A DNA stretch of 60,024 bases from a virus (IMGVR_UViG_3300012045_000001:1-60024); one strand, 5' to 3'. Shown: positions 40,007 to 50,192, counted from the stretch's first letter. Numbers and translations: made by a program. The notes: generated by a model from the sequence alone, not told the origin.

Positions 40007-40044
40007 AAAACAGGCTCAGTGGGAATAAATCCTCCTGAGCCTGC
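40007..40044 (-). terminator. intrinsic terminator
   Basis: CAGGCTCAG/CTGAGCCTG stem then TTTT. Confidence 0.6.
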
Positions 40045-40072
40045 TTCTTAGTCCGATGGTTGTTGGGGTCTA

Positions 40073-41062
40073 TTAACGAATGGATTCGTCAATGATGCCC
40101 GAACTTCTCGCCGCTTCTGGGTCGGTTGTCGCCGTTGAAGACGAAACCGTATTCGCTCCCTCTTGCGCTTCGCCGGACGTAGGCGCGTTGCGGGTCTCTA
40201 TGTCCGAAGGACTCGAAGACTCGTTCGGCGTAACTCCTCCAGAGCCGACTTCCGTATTCGAGGCCGCGTTTCCCTCAATCTCCGAAGCCGATTGATTGGT
40301 CGTTGCCGAAGCATCTGCCGTTGGGTCTTCGCTAGTCCCAATCCCAGTCGAGGAAGGACTCGGTTGCTGGGTCGCTGGGTCTGTCCCAGGTTGCGGCTGG
40401 AATGCGAAGACTTCCCCCTCCTGCAACTCAATCGGCTCGGCCTGATTGTTTGTCGGAGTGTTTCCAATACCAGTCTCGCCAGCAAGCGGAATTGGAGTCG
40501 CTGGGTCTTGTGTCGTGCCGGACGGAAGCGAATTAACGCTGGGGTCTGTCTCTCTCGGCAAGCCTGTTTCTGGGTCAACCGCAAATTGGTTGGCCACAAC
40601 CGGACTCGCTGGGTCTTCTGCCGGAGTCGAAGGAGTCGGGGCAGTCCCAGAGCCTCCCTGTTCGCCTGCCGCGACAGTCGAAGCCGTGGATTTGAGCGAG
40701 TTAGCGTAAGAACGCATACTGGAAAGCTGGGTCTCGAAGGTTGACATTTCTTCGGTCAGGTCTTCCGGTTGCGGAGTGGAAGTCGTGCTTTGGGCCTGTG
40801 ATACAAGAGTGTCAATCTTGCTCTGCATCCCGCCGATGACTTCACGAAAGGTTGACTCTGTTTCAGTCAACATCCGGGCCGCGTTTAACAACGCTTGTTC
40901 TGCTTGTGTTTTCATTAGTAGTATCTCCTGTATTGTTTGTATGCCGCGCCAGATGGCCGACAGTTGTTCCTGCTGTTTAGTGAACGTATTATGTATGCGC
41001 CCACTCCATAAATCGGCCAGATAGTCCAGCCCTGTCCTCATCTCAGCACCGTTTATGCTCAT
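40073..41062 (-). CDS. coiled-coil plus disordered acidic S/T/P protein
   Basis: AAGGAG RBS; 329 aa. Confidence 0.65.
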   Translation of the reverse strand: MSINGAEMRTGLDYLADLWSGRIHNTFTKQQEQLSAIWRGIQTIQEILLMKTQAEQALLNAARMLTETESTFREVIGGMQSKIDTLVSQAQSTTSTPQPEDLTEEMSTFETQLSSMRSYANSLKSTASTVAAGEQGGSGTAPTPSTPAEDPASPVVANQFAVDPETGLPRETDPSVNSLPSGTTQDPATPIPLAGETGIGNTPTNNQAEPIELQEGEVFAFQPQPGTDPATQQPSPSSTGIGTSEDPTADASATTNQSASEIEGNAASNTEVGSGGVTPNESSSPSDIETRNAPTSGEAQEGANTVSSSTATTDPEAARSSGIIDESIR

Positions 41063-41301
41063 AACTGTTCTCCTTTGAATGCTGGCCCTAAAGTAATGTT
41101 GGTCGTCAGAACTCCAGTCCAGATTTCATCCGGCAGTTCGACGCGCTCGGTGTCCCCGTGACACAGTGCAACTAAAACCAACGAACCGACACTCTCCTCG
41201 ACGTGGAATGATTCAACTGGCATCTCGCATTGCTCACAACGAGGCCAGTCAGCCGAGTCAATTTCAATCCGTTCCCCTTGTTTGGTATTGAGCAAATCCA
41301 T
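41059..41301 (-). CDS. hypothetical protein (CxxC)
   Basis: Coupled ORF. Confidence 0.6.
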   Translation of the reverse strand: MDLLNTKQGERIEIDSADWPRCEQCEMPVESFHVEESVGSLVLVALCHGDTERVELPDEIWTGVLTTNITLGPAFKGEQL

Positions 41302-41306
41302 ATTCG

Positions 41307-42839
41307 TTACCTGACAACGAAAGTTCTAAACCGTGGGTCTCCGGCCGTAATGATGATTCGGTTATCCGACATATCAAGGCCCCCGAGTTCGGTATGCGCC
41401 CAGACTACGGCATCAACCATATCCGCTCCCTCGTTATCGTTGGCATCAATGAAGGCGCACATTTGGTCTTCGGCCTCCGCAAACGATGAGCAATGAGTAA
41501 CCCGTCCCTGTTCATATAACGTAGCCACTGGCTCGGCTCTAACATCCTTGCCTCTGGATGCGGTAACGAGTTTAATAGGAAGGTTGCGCCCAACGAAGTG
41601 ACGGCCCGATACTCTGTCCCACAAGTTGATGTTACGGAGATTTGATTCAACCATATCGCCACCGAAGTTCTTCTCAGCAACGATTTTGTCAGCTTTGAAC
41701 TTGTAGAAAAGCCTGATGGCCTCCACAGCCCACTCAGTCGGAGTCCATTGGCCGCTTTTAGCCGCCAAAACATAAAAGCGATTATCCGCTCCAAGGCCCA
41801 CAACTGCAAGTCCTGTATCAGCATTCTTCTTTTGGTTTTGTCTCTGCTCCTCGGTCAGAGCGTTAAGGTCGGCCGTTCGTCTGGCCGCCGAGCCTGCGGG
41901 GTCAATAGCCACTACGATACGGACGAATCTGGGCCATTTGGAGGAGTCAGTCTCGTGCTGAATCCAGTCCCGCTTCCACATCGCCCCCTCGATGTCTTCC
42001 ACAAAAACTCCTTCGAGTTCTTGTCGGCCCAGTCGTGAGCCTCCAAACTTGTTCTTTAACCAGTCAACTCTCCGTTGCGGGAGATACAAGTTATCGAATG
42101 TCGTCGGCAGTCGTAATCGTCCGGTCTCCGCATCAATATACTGAGGCACATAGGTCGTTTTGTCAAGTGCCAGCTTCTTGACCCACTTTCGATTCTTCGG
42201 AGTCGTTGTGCATACTGCATAAGGACGTTTGCCGAGCCGTAAGCCTAAATTGGCATCGTCCCAAGCGGCCTGATTGCAGAGAGCGAGTTCATCGAACCAA
42301 ATCATTGACCACTGCGGCCCGTTCCAGCGTTTAGGTTTCTCAGTCCCCATCGCTTTAACAAAGCCTCCGTCAATGTGTCGGGCCTCTCCGAGTGAGCGGT
42401 TATAATACTTGAACTCGCTGGGAAACATCGTGATAAGTCCGGTTTCCCCTTCCATACAAGTATCACGAGCATCCGAGTTTGTCGGCGCACCGATGCCTAT
42501 ACGAGCCGATTTCCCGTTCGCTCTCAGGTGATTCCTCGTCTCGGTTGCTCCGGCGACTGTTTTGCCAGTCCCGCGCCCTCCGACGAGCAGATAAACTTCC
42601 CACCATAATTCGTGAAGCGGAACAACCTGATGGGGCATCAAGGCCCTCGGAGGAGAGTTGCGGAGGATGTTGTCAAACTCCGCTTTCTCCGATGGGGTCA
42701 TCTCCTCGAAGATAGCCAGTATCTCGTCCTCGGTGAAATCAAGTAGTCCCATATCCGGTGTGCTGGGAGTCTGGAACTTGATGTCATCGTAGGTCGGGGC
42801 CAGATTGATGTATGGATTTTGGGTAGCAGTGTCTATCAT
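41307..42839 (-). CDS. terminase large subunit
   Basis: GGRGTGKT Walker A, WFDE Walker B, TTTP, VAIDPA, DMVDA. Confidence 0.95.
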   Translation of the reverse strand: MIDTATQNPYINLAPTYDDIKFQTPSTPDMGLLDFTEDEILAIFEEMTPSEKAEFDNILRNSPPRALMPHQVVPLHELWWEVYLLVGGRGTGKTVAGATETRNHLRANGKSARIGIGAPTNSDARDTCMEGETGLITMFPSEFKYYNRSLGEARHIDGGFVKAMGTEKPKRWNGPQWSMIWFDELALCNQAAWDDANLGLRLGKRPYAVCTTTPKNRKWVKKLALDKTTYVPQYIDAETGRLRLPTTFDNLYLPQRRVDWLKNKFGGSRLGRQELEGVFVEDIEGAMWKRDWIQHETDSSKWPRFVRIVVAIDPAGSAARRTADLNALTEEQRQNQKKNADTGLAVVGLGADNRFYVLAAKSGQWTPTEWAVEAIRLFYKFKADKIVAEKNFGGDMVESNLRNINLWDRVSGRHFVGRNLPIKLVTASRGKDVRAEPVATLYEQGRVTHCSSFAEAEDQMCAFIDANDNEGADMVDAVVWAHTELGGLDMSDNRIIITAGDPRFRTFVVR

Positions 42840-43816
42840 TAGTCTTCAAAGCCCTCCATAAAGTCCTTGTTGGCCCCATTACCGATGACCTGTTTCTCGG
42901 CCTCCCGAACTTCCTCGATTGTCTCTGGAGACACAAGCGGCTGTGCTTGCAGTTGCTCTGCCGGAGTCTCGCCCTCGGCGTGGCCTCCGAGTGGCGAAGG
43001 CTCGGCCAGCATACCTAGATTTCCGGTCTTACGAGCCAGCATCGCAGTAAGCACTGCTGTAAGTCGAGACTCACGGGCCTCATCAGACAGACGGGCGAGT
43101 TCTTGGTCTGGATTGTCCTCGCCCATCTTAGCGTAGAGATTCCAGAGTTTAGCGCGTTTGTCATTGATGTCAATTAGCTGGGCCGTCCATCTCGGGTCGC
43201 CTGGACTGTTACCCTCAAGCCGTTCGTTCTCTTTTACCTTCTCGGCCGTCATCATAAGGGTATCGGGAAGTTCGCCCAGGAACTTCGTATCCATCTTACG
43301 ATTCTGGGACTTTGCCGATGCGCGTTCCTCGGCAATAATATCCCTGATGGTTTCCTCACGGTCTTTAGACCTGGCCCTGTCAATCTGTTTCTCGTAAATC
43401 CTTGTGGACTTTCCTTCGCAGGATGCGAAGTAAGCCTCCGTGATTAAAGCCTCCAACTGGTCATAGCGGGTAAGAACTAGGGCCTGCTTCTCGTCAATCG
43501 AGAGCAGTCCGGCTTCTTTCCAGTATTTGATTTGCTCCTTGATGTGATAGTGAATACCGTTCGGCTTGAGTCTCATATCACCTTCAAGGCCGAACTCGTC
43601 GGATACGATGTTGGCAATGTTGGCGTAGAGTTCGCCGTCTTTCCACAAAGACGATATACGGGCCTTCATCTCGGCCATCGTGAGTTTATCGCGCACTCCT
43701 CCTGCCAGACGGCCCTTCATTCTCGTCCCACCAGTCAGGCCGTTGCCTATCATCACTCGGCCCTCCTTGATGTCGGACTCTTTTACTATTCCTCTGGGGT
43801 CAACTTCTTCCGGCAT
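42839..43816 (-). CDS. putative terminase small subunit
   Basis: Coupled to TerL; helical with N-terminal HTH-like region. Confidence 0.55.
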   Translation of the reverse strand: MPEEVDPRGIVKESDIKEGRVMIGNGLTGGTRMKGRLAGGVRDKLTMAEMKARISSLWKDGELYANIANIVSDEFGLEGDMRLKPNGIHYHIKEQIKYWKEAGLLSIDEKQALVLTRYDQLEALITEAYFASCEGKSTRIYEKQIDRARSKDREETIRDIIAEERASAKSQNRKMDTKFLGELPDTLMMTAEKVKENERLEGNSPGDPRWTAQLIDINDKRAKLWNLYAKMGEDNPDQELARLSDEARESRLTAVLTAMLARKTGNLGMLAEPSPLGGHAEGETPAEQLQAQPLVSPETIEEVREAEKQVIGNGANKDFMEGFED

Positions 43817-43843
43817 AATGCCTATATCTCCTTATTTGAATTA

Positions 43844-44683
43844 TTATGAAATCAATCGTCTCCATCTGATAAATGACCCAGGTAGCAGGGTCGAAGTCGC
43901 TCCGGCTACTTCCGAAGCCATATTAACTGAGAGGCCCGAAGCAACATCTACGCTCGATGAATCAACGATACCTTCTATTTTGGTCAGTAACGCCGTATTA
44001 GCTAAGGGCCAAGACCCAGCCGCGTTCGCGCTTACGCTGGGTGATGCCGAAAGAACGATGTTGGCCGTAGTAGAAGACGGCGTAGAGAAAATAACGTGCG
44101 TTGTTTGAGTTCCGCTAGTCGGGTCTGAATACCACGCAAACCTCGGAACATTCGTTATTGCCGAGGTAGTGGCCCGCAGATAAGCCTCAAAGTGATAAAA
44201 CTTACTTCCGTTCGGCTGAGTGATGACATCAAATCCCAGTGGGGTAATGGCGAACGTAGTCGAAGTAGTTACCTGCTGGGCCGTCAGAACTTTCTCCTGA
44301 TAATCACCGACGACGGCCCACGGTTGCCAGCTACTATCTACCAGAGCGTATCGCACGTAAGTAAGGCCACTTCGCCCGTCGAACGGGTATAGAATTTGAA
44401 CTCCCTGCTTAGTCCCAAAATTGTTGACCGCCATATTCACGGCCCCTCTGACCATACCATCGGCCGGAAACCCGTTCGATACCTTGGCGACAAAGTGATG
44501 CCAGAAAAGGTCTGGATACTGAAAGGGCCTATGAAAGTTAAGAATCTCTCCACCTTGAGAATTAGTAAGAACTCCCCTGATAGCAGAAGCGGCCTCAAAT
44601 GCCGAGTCGCCTGCGTTTCTTCTAAATGTCCCAAGTGGGGCGATTAAAAGGTTGTCCGATATTGTGTCAAATCTTCCGCTCAT
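43844..44683 (-). CDS. tail-fibre/RBP-like protein, paralog of 44702-45520
   Basis: Shared MSGRFDTI, NGFPADG, YHFEA, VPRF, GSFIRW. Confidence 0.55.
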   Translation of the reverse strand: MSGRFDTISDNLLIAPLGTFRRNAGDSAFEAASAIRGVLTNSQGGEILNFHRPFQYPDLFWHHFVAKVSNGFPADGMVRGAVNMAVNNFGTKQGVQILYPFDGRSGLTYVRYALVDSSWQPWAVVGDYQEKVLTAQQVTTSTTFAITPLGFDVITQPNGSKFYHFEAYLRATTSAITNVPRFAWYSDPTSGTQTTHVIFSTPSSTTANIVLSASPSVSANAAGSWPLANTALLTKIEGIVDSSSVDVASGLSVNMASEVAGATSTLLPGSFIRWRRLIS

Positions 44684-44701
44684 AAAATACTCTCTCTTTG
44701 A

Positions 44702-45520
44702 TTAGGCAATCATTCGTTTCCATCTGATAAAACTTCCGACCTGTATGCCAGCCTGAGTCCCTGCCAGTTCTGCGGCAAACTGAATCATCAGTCTCGTCAG
44801 TCCTGTCTGGCCCGAACCAGTAGGTTGAACCAGTCCCTCGATATGATTGAGAAAAACAGTCGGAGCGGCTGGGTATGTCCCAGCCGGAGTTGCAAGAGTG
44901 TTCGTTGACAAAACCGTATTCGCCGTGGCCGATGTCGGCAAACTCGTTATCAAATGAATAAACGATACGGACTTACTGTTGACGACTTGAAATCTCGGGA
45001 CTGACGTAGTTCCGAAAGTGTTGGCCCTGATAAACGCCTCGAAGTGGTAATAGTAATTCTTGGCATCAACCGGATTAGCCGCGTCCATATCAAAGAACAG
45101 GCCAGTATCGGCAAACGCGATTAAGGTAGTAGTCTGGGCCGCCGTAATGTAGCGTTCTTGAAAACCGCTATACACCCACTCATTCCACTTGCCACTGGCC
45201 ACGTTCCAGCTTCTAGTGTAGTTGGCCGATTCCCTTGTGTTGTTCGGATAAAGGGTCTGGACTACATCAGCCCCGTTACGAAATCCGCTCACGAATCCGT
45301 CGGCTGGGAAACCATTGGTTTGTGTTGCCCAGAACCAGTGATACTGCAAATCCACGTATGACGTATTAACGGCAGACGCAAGGATAGACCCTGCGTTAGT
45401 GCCAAGAACTTCCGGTATCGGAGGGCCTTCCTCGAATCCGGTGTCGCTGATGTTTCTGCGTATTGTCTTTAGTGGGCCAATAGGCAGATTGCTCGGTATT
45501 GTGTCAAATCTTCCGCTCAT
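44702..45520 (-). CDS. tail-fibre/RBP-like protein, paralog of 43844-44683
   Basis: Same shared blocks as 43844-44683. Confidence 0.55.
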   Translation of the reverse strand: MSGRFDTIPSNLPIGPLKTIRRNISDTGFEEGPPIPEVLGTNAGSILASAVNTSYVDLQYHWFWATQTNGFPADGFVSGFRNGADVVQTLYPNNTRESANYTRSWNVASGKWNEWVYSGFQERYITAAQTTTLIAFADTGLFFDMDAANPVDAKNYYYHFEAFIRANTFGTTSVPRFQVVNSKSVSFIHLITSLPTSATANTVLSTNTLATPAGTYPAAPTVFLNHIEGLVQPTGSGQTGLTRLMIQFAAELAGTQAGIQVGSFIRWKRMIA

Positions 45521-45523
45521 AAT

Positions 45524-46336
45524 TTATCCTGTTAAATTGATGTTGTATAAGTTCTTAAAGTAAATCGTGATGTTGTCCCGTTCTGTCAAAAGCATATTCC
45601 CTGGAATAATAATCATCCTTCTCATCATTCCTCGATACCAAGTTTCCGTATCACTTCCCAAGTCACTGGCCCCGCGTCCAATTCGGTAAGGGCCTACCCA
45701 GCCGAATCCGCAACCACTTAAAGACCCGCCTTCCGTGCCGCTCGAAAGCAACTTCGCGTAAAGAGTATTGGAGATAGTCCCATTCTGGTTCTCCGCAGTA
45801 TAAAGATGCTCGGCCTCCATCAAGGTTTTAAGATTCCCTTGTGTTACGGCCCTGTAATTGTTCACGTTCGTTCCGGCGAGACTTTCGTAGTGCTTATCGT
45901 CGCTATACGGGTGATGGCTCTCCCTAGAGCCTCCAGTATTGCCCGATAAAGACCAGAGACTTCCGAAGTGGTTTCTGGTTGTAGTAGGCCAGTGATTCAC
46001 CGTCTTGACGCACCATATTCTCACCGGAGAGACAATCGCGGCCGGAGAAGGAATCGTAAAGAACTTGGGCCTGGTAAGGTCAGTGTAACTATTGTTCTCG
46101 TAAGGCGTGAAGTCATAATACTTCTTGCCTCCGACAATCCTTAATGTCGGCGCGTATTCAAACTCTGCGATGCCGTGCCTGTTATTTCCAGACCAGTCCC
46201 GCATAGTGTAAATCAAATCGCCGTCCTTACCAGTTTCAAGGTCGGCGTTGTAGTCGGCCCACAAGGGAACTTTAAGACTGTATCCTCCCGCTCCCTTAAC
46301 GCTGGCTAACATTGTTGGTTTAATAATACTGCTCAT
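45524..46336 (-). CDS. lectin/LamG-like virion protein
   Basis: DWSGNNRH...RIGR...YRG pattern. Confidence 0.5.
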   Translation of the reverse strand: MSSIIKPTMLASVKGAGGYSLKVPLWADYNADLETGKDGDLIYTMRDWSGNNRHGIAEFEYAPTLRIVGGKKYYDFTPYENNSYTDLTRPKFFTIPSPAAIVSPVRIWCVKTVNHWPTTTRNHFGSLWSLSGNTGGSRESHHPYSDDKHYESLAGTNVNNYRAVTQGNLKTLMEAEHLYTAENQNGTISNTLYAKLLSSGTEGGSLSGCGFGWVGPYRIGRGASDLGSDTETWYRGMMRRMIIIPGNMLLTERDNITIYFKNLYNINLTG

Positions 46337-46956
46337 TATAAAATCGTGTCTCCCGCTAAGGCAAACATATCAACCGCATAAGCAAAGACGTTGGCCACCG
46401 CATACTGTCCAGCCGTCTTGGTATGATTAAGTCTATGGTTAAGGGCCGCTCCTGCTCCAGCCGCAACCGAGACGATGCCGCTCGATGACCCCATAATGGC
46501 GCAGTTGAATCCCAAGCCCAGTCCGGTAGGGACAGTAATAACGGCCGCCGCAGACGCAACGATTAGCTTTCCGACATCCGACGCAAGAATCGTGTAGTTG
46601 CCGGAAACAGAGGTTATCCCGACAAACAGATAGCCAGTCGGTAGGCCTGGGGCCACCGGCATATCGTTAATGACAGTTGACAGAACTTCAACTACCGCAC
46701 CGAGATTTGCCGTGTCCCTGTCAAGAGAACGGTTGATTGCCGGACTGCCAGTAATGGTATATCCGGTAAGGCCAGTAGTGCTTCCTCCTCCTCCCCCTCC
46801 TCCAGTCCCCTGTGCCGTTAGGTCATCCCAAGTTGTCCCGTTATCGCAATAGACGTGCAAATCTCCTAACAACACGCATATACGGCCTCTGCCTGCCACA
46901 CTACTTGCTGGCAGGGCCGATACGACCGGAAGCTGGGGAAGGTTTAAGTATTTCAT
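46336..46956 (-). CDS. putative tail fibre component
   Basis: Poly-G hinge; YTILASDVGKLI. Confidence 0.55.
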   Translation of the reverse strand: MKYLNLPQLPVVSALPASSVAGRGRICVLLGDLHVYCDNGTTWDDLTAQGTGGGGGGGSTTGLTGYTITGSPAINRSLDRDTANLGAVVEVLSTVINDMPVAPGLPTGYLFVGITSVSGNYTILASDVGKLIVASAAAVITVPTGLGLGFNCAIMGSSSGIVSVAAGAGAALNHRLNHTKTAGQYAVANVFAYAVDMFALAGDTIL

Positions 46957-46962
46957 ACGTTA

Positions 46963-48087
46963 TTATCCTTGAATGATGACTCTCAGACTGTTAAGGGCCG
47001 GAGCAACTGCAAAACGAACGGTCACGGTGTTGATTGTCGTGGCCTCGAAGTCGGCCTCAAAGAAAGCGAACGGCGATGTATTGTCCCTCACTCTGGGAGT
47101 TACATCCTGCGTTCCTAAGTTATGAGTTATGACATAGGCCACGGCCGAGCCATCGCCCACATTCACGGCGAACTTCTTCGTGTTGCCAGCAAGTCTGGTG
47201 TCGTTGCCTTTAACGACTTCCCCTGCGGCCGCGTCTCCTGCGGCTGGGACATTCAGAGTAGCGGCAGTGCCTAAGCCCAAGTTAGTTCTGGCAGTGCCGA
47301 TGTTATTCAAATCCGACAGATTAGATGCAATCTTGAGTTGTGCATCGTTGGACAAGGCCGAGAGTCCCACATCGGCCTTGGTAATGACGACAACTCCGGT
47401 TTGGCCATTGACGCTAGTGATTGCGCCCCCTGGGGACAGAAGTTGTTGCCAGTTGGCAAATACCGTTGGGTCTGCGGTTGTAAGAATATACGAAGCATTC
47501 AAGTCCGTGCGAACTGCAACGTCACCTACTTGGGCCGTCAGTGCAAGTTGCGCGGCCTGCGAAGCGACGACGAACGTATCGGAGATGGCGATGGCAGGAA
47601 TGACCGATGAGGCCAGAAACCCGCCAGTGCCTAAGATTGGAATTTCCCCTGATAGAATACCAGTGTTAAGAACGGCCGCAGTGCCGAGGCCAAGATTAGT
47701 TCGTGCCGTGGTTGCGTTGGCTAAATCCGACAGGTTGTTTGCTTTAACAAGCTGGAGGGCATTGGTGACGTTGCCGAGGGCCACGTCTGCGCTGGTTAAT
47801 GTAATTGCTCCGGTGCGTCCAGACACGCTTGTTACCGGATATGCTATCCGAGCGTCAACGGCCGAGTTGAAATCGCTGATGGCCGAGGCCGCAGTGCGCT
47901 GTCCCGTGCTTGAACCGAAGTCCATCACGTCGGCCCACGCGCCGTTCCAGAAGAAGAACTTGTTGGCGACTGTGTTGTAATAGACTTGGCCCACTACCGG
48001 ACTGGCGGGGGCCGCACCTAATTTGTGGAGAGCCGCGTTTTGCAACTCATTCTGGCTCAGGTCAATGTTATTTAGATACTTTGGCAT
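46963..48087 (-). CDS. putative tail fibre protein with internal repeats
   Basis: Two VTSV.G.TG...DV.L and two NLSDL...ARTNLGLG repeats; ITHNLG. Confidence 0.7.
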   Translation of the reverse strand: MPKYLNNIDLSQNELQNAALHKLGAAPASPVVGQVYYNTVANKFFFWNGAWADVMDFGSSTGQRTAASAISDFNSAVDARIAYPVTSVSGRTGAITLTSADVALGNVTNALQLVKANNLSDLANATTARTNLGLGTAAVLNTGILSGEIPILGTGGFLASSVIPAIAISDTFVVASQAAQLALTAQVGDVAVRTDLNASYILTTADPTVFANWQQLLSPGGAITSVNGQTGVVVITKADVGLSALSNDAQLKIASNLSDLNNIGTARTNLGLGTAATLNVPAAGDAAAGEVVKGNDTRLAGNTKKFAVNVGDGSAVAYVITHNLGTQDVTPRVRDNTSPFAFFEADFEATTINTVTVRFAVAPALNSLRVIIQG

Positions 48088-48100
48088 TGTGTATGTCTCC

Positions 48101-48475
48101 CTAGTTTAAGAATGCTTTCCCGCCGAATGCGGCTGTAAAGAAAATCGTCAGTTTATTCATAGGGTCAGTTATGTCATTCTGGACGTTTCCCACGACTTCA
48201 TTTCCTCCAGAGTCCTCGACTGTTACGTTAGGCCTCTTTCCAAGGTTATGAATAACTAGCCAAGTGTCGGATGCTTGACTCTGGTAATGGACATAGGTTA
48301 GGTCGCCTCCCGTTCCTGTCTGTCCTTGCGGCCCCTGTGGCCCTTGAATCCCTGGAGGCCCTGGCTCTCCGCCTGGGACACCAACTTTGAGTAACCGTAT
48401 CGGGGTCTCTGTGCGGATAACCTTTAACTGGATAATCGGCCTCTCATTAGTTACGGTAACTTGAATCTCCGGCAT
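48101..48475 (-). CDS. collagen-like virion protein
   Basis: GEPGPPGIQGPQGPQG; IHNLGKRP. Confidence 0.65.
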   Translation of the reverse strand: MPEIQVTVTNERPIIQLKVIRTETPIRLLKVGVPGGEPGPPGIQGPQGPQGQTGTGGDLTYVHYQSQASDTWLVIHNLGKRPNVTVEDSGGNEVVGNVQNDITDPMNKLTIFFTAAFGGKAFLN

Positions 48476-48476
48476 A

Positions 48477-48869
48477 TCAAATACCCTCCCCTCCGAACGG
48501 GACTACAATGACCGACCCTCTCACAATCAGGTCGGCGTTATTGCCCTCTCGAAGTTCGATTCTCCAGTCCCCGTCAATGGACACCAGCAGGCCTAGTTCC
48601 ACTCCGGTCAGGTGCATTCGGAAAATCCCGTCAACGGCGACTAACTTCGTAATAACCGAGCCAAACGGAGTTTCCCCTACCGAGGTCTGAATCATTACGT
48701 CCTCTGGCCAAACACCGCGAAAGATAGCGACGATGTTCTTGTTCGTCAAATCAATCGCTCCGGTGACGACTCCTTCGGGAGTGACATACTGGGCCTGGAA
48801 CTCTAAGGTATAGCTGATGCCCTTGAACAGTTCTAAGTCTAGGACTGGGACATCATTTGGATTTGTCAT
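48477..48869 (-). CDS. BppU-like baseplate/fibre-anchoring protein
   Basis: Beta-rich; IDLT; G.V.V terminus. Confidence 0.45.
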   Translation of the reverse strand: MTNPNDVPVLDLELFKGISYTLEFQAQYVTPEGVVTGAIDLTNKNIVAIFRGVWPEDVMIQTSVGETPFGSVITKLVAVDGIFRMHLTGVELGLLVSIDGDWRIELREGNNADLIVRGSVIVVPFGGEGI

Positions 48870-49176
48870 TGTCTTTGACCTCCTGCTTGAGTTCCGTGGC
48901 CGCGTTTTTGATTCGCTGATTCTCCAGATTGAGTTCGTCAATCCGAGTCGAATTGTAATAAACCATAATCACCGTTACCGTCGTGGCCGCAATCATCGAA
49001 AGTATGGCAATGATGATTAGCTTTGACCACAGTGTAGATAGAACGTGATAAACAGTCGTGCCTTCGTTGTCAACAATGATTGCGGCCGCTAGGCCCATTC
49101 GCCTGTTGTTGGCCACTATTTTAACGTCAGATTCTAACGGCGTATTGCTATTGCCTTTCTCTACGTCTCCTCTCAT
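48853..49176 (-). CDS. single-TM coiled-coil membrane protein
   Basis: LIIIAILSMIAATTVTVIMVYY. Confidence 0.6.
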   Translation of the reverse strand: MRGDVEKGNSNTPLESDVKIVANNRRMGLAAAIIVDNEGTTVYHVLSTLWSKLIIIAILSMIAATTVTVIMVYYNSTRIDELNLENQRIKNAATELKQEVKDNDKSK

Positions 49177-49760
49177 TAACTATGTCCTCCTTTACTTATA
49201 TTAGCGGCCCTTACTTCGTCCATTATCTTTGTTATCGCTTTCGGGGCCTCCAGTTTTGACGATACTTGGTAAGTCTCGGGGACTTCTCCCTCTCCGGCTT
49301 TTAACTCACGGTAGTTGGATATGGCCCTCGCTACTACATAAAACAGTTCCTCGTATTCGACGGGCTTCTTAAATACGTCCGCTCCCAGCCTTCTGATTTC
49401 CTCACGTATGATTGAATCAACAAAGGCCGATGCGAAGATAATCGGCAGAGAGTCCAGCTTCTTTCGGATTTCTCTGGCAACACCGATGCCAGTAAGTTTT
49501 GGGCCAGCGATTGTGCCTATCTGGTCAAAGTAGTTGATGTCGGTAATTACGGCGCAGAAGCACTGGGACAATGGACTACCGCACCGCTCATTGATGCAGT
49601 CCAGTATGGCCTGGGCCGAGTCAACAAACTCTCCAGTCCACCCGAGAGAGTCAACCATTTGTCTCATTATCCCGAGCGTATCTGGGTCATCGTCGGCGCA
49701 GAGGATATGGGCCTTCGGTGCTAACTTCCTCGCCTTTTCGATTAAGTCTGTTGTTGGCAT
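49176..49760 (-). CDS. stand-alone response regulator receiver (CheY-like)
   Basis: ILCADDD, ITDI phospho-acceptor Asp, IFASA, KKP. Confidence 0.8.
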   Translation of the reverse strand: MPTTDLIEKARKLAPKAHILCADDDPDTLGIMRQMVDSLGWTGEFVDSAQAILDCINERCGSPLSQCFCAVITDINYFDQIGTIAGPKLTGIGVAREIRKKLDSLPIIFASAFVDSIIREEIRRLGADVFKKPVEYEELFYVVARAISNYRELKAGEGEVPETYQVSSKLEAPKAITKIMDEVRAANISKGGHS

Positions 49761-49769
49761 ATTATAATC

Positions 49770-50192
49770 CTACTCCCTGATGTCCCCGAGCCGTATTTTC
49801 AAAACGCGATTCTCGCTTTCAACTTTCTGCTTGGCCGCAATCTCGTGTTCTCTAGTGGCCCAATAGTCCATCAATACTTTAATGTCAATTCCAACGAGGG
49901 TGCGATATTCAGATGTAATGTCTTCGAGTTCAACACCCTGTTTGCTATACTTCTTGGTAATGTCCGCGATTTCAAGTTCTCTGGTTTTGGCCAAGTCCGC
50001 GTTGGCCGTGGCCAGTTCCCTAGTTGATGTTTGTGTCTCCTTTCTCGTCGTGGCCATCAATACCACGGCCGAGCCTGCGATTAGTAATAGGATACCTAAG
50101 ACGGCCCAGATTGCTGTCGTGGCGTTTAGCCACGACATATCTTGGAACATCAAATAAATTGTGGGTATTATGTGCAACTTCATTATTAGCAT
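49770..50192 (-). CDS. TM coiled-coil protein (lysis module)
   Basis: N-terminal TM helix. Confidence 0.55.
   Translation of the reverse strand: MLIMKLHIIPTIYLMFQDMSWLNATTAIWAVLGILLLIAGSAVVLMATTRKETQTSTRELATANADLAKTRELEIADITKKYSKQGVELEDITSEYRTLVGIDIKVLMDYWATREHEIAAKQKVESENRVLKIRLGDIRE

Noticed and set aside
43844-45520. Diversity-generating retroelement or invertible fibre switch
   Set aside because: No reverse transcriptase or invertase, the paralogs are co-oriented, and no adenine-specific TR/VR pair was seen
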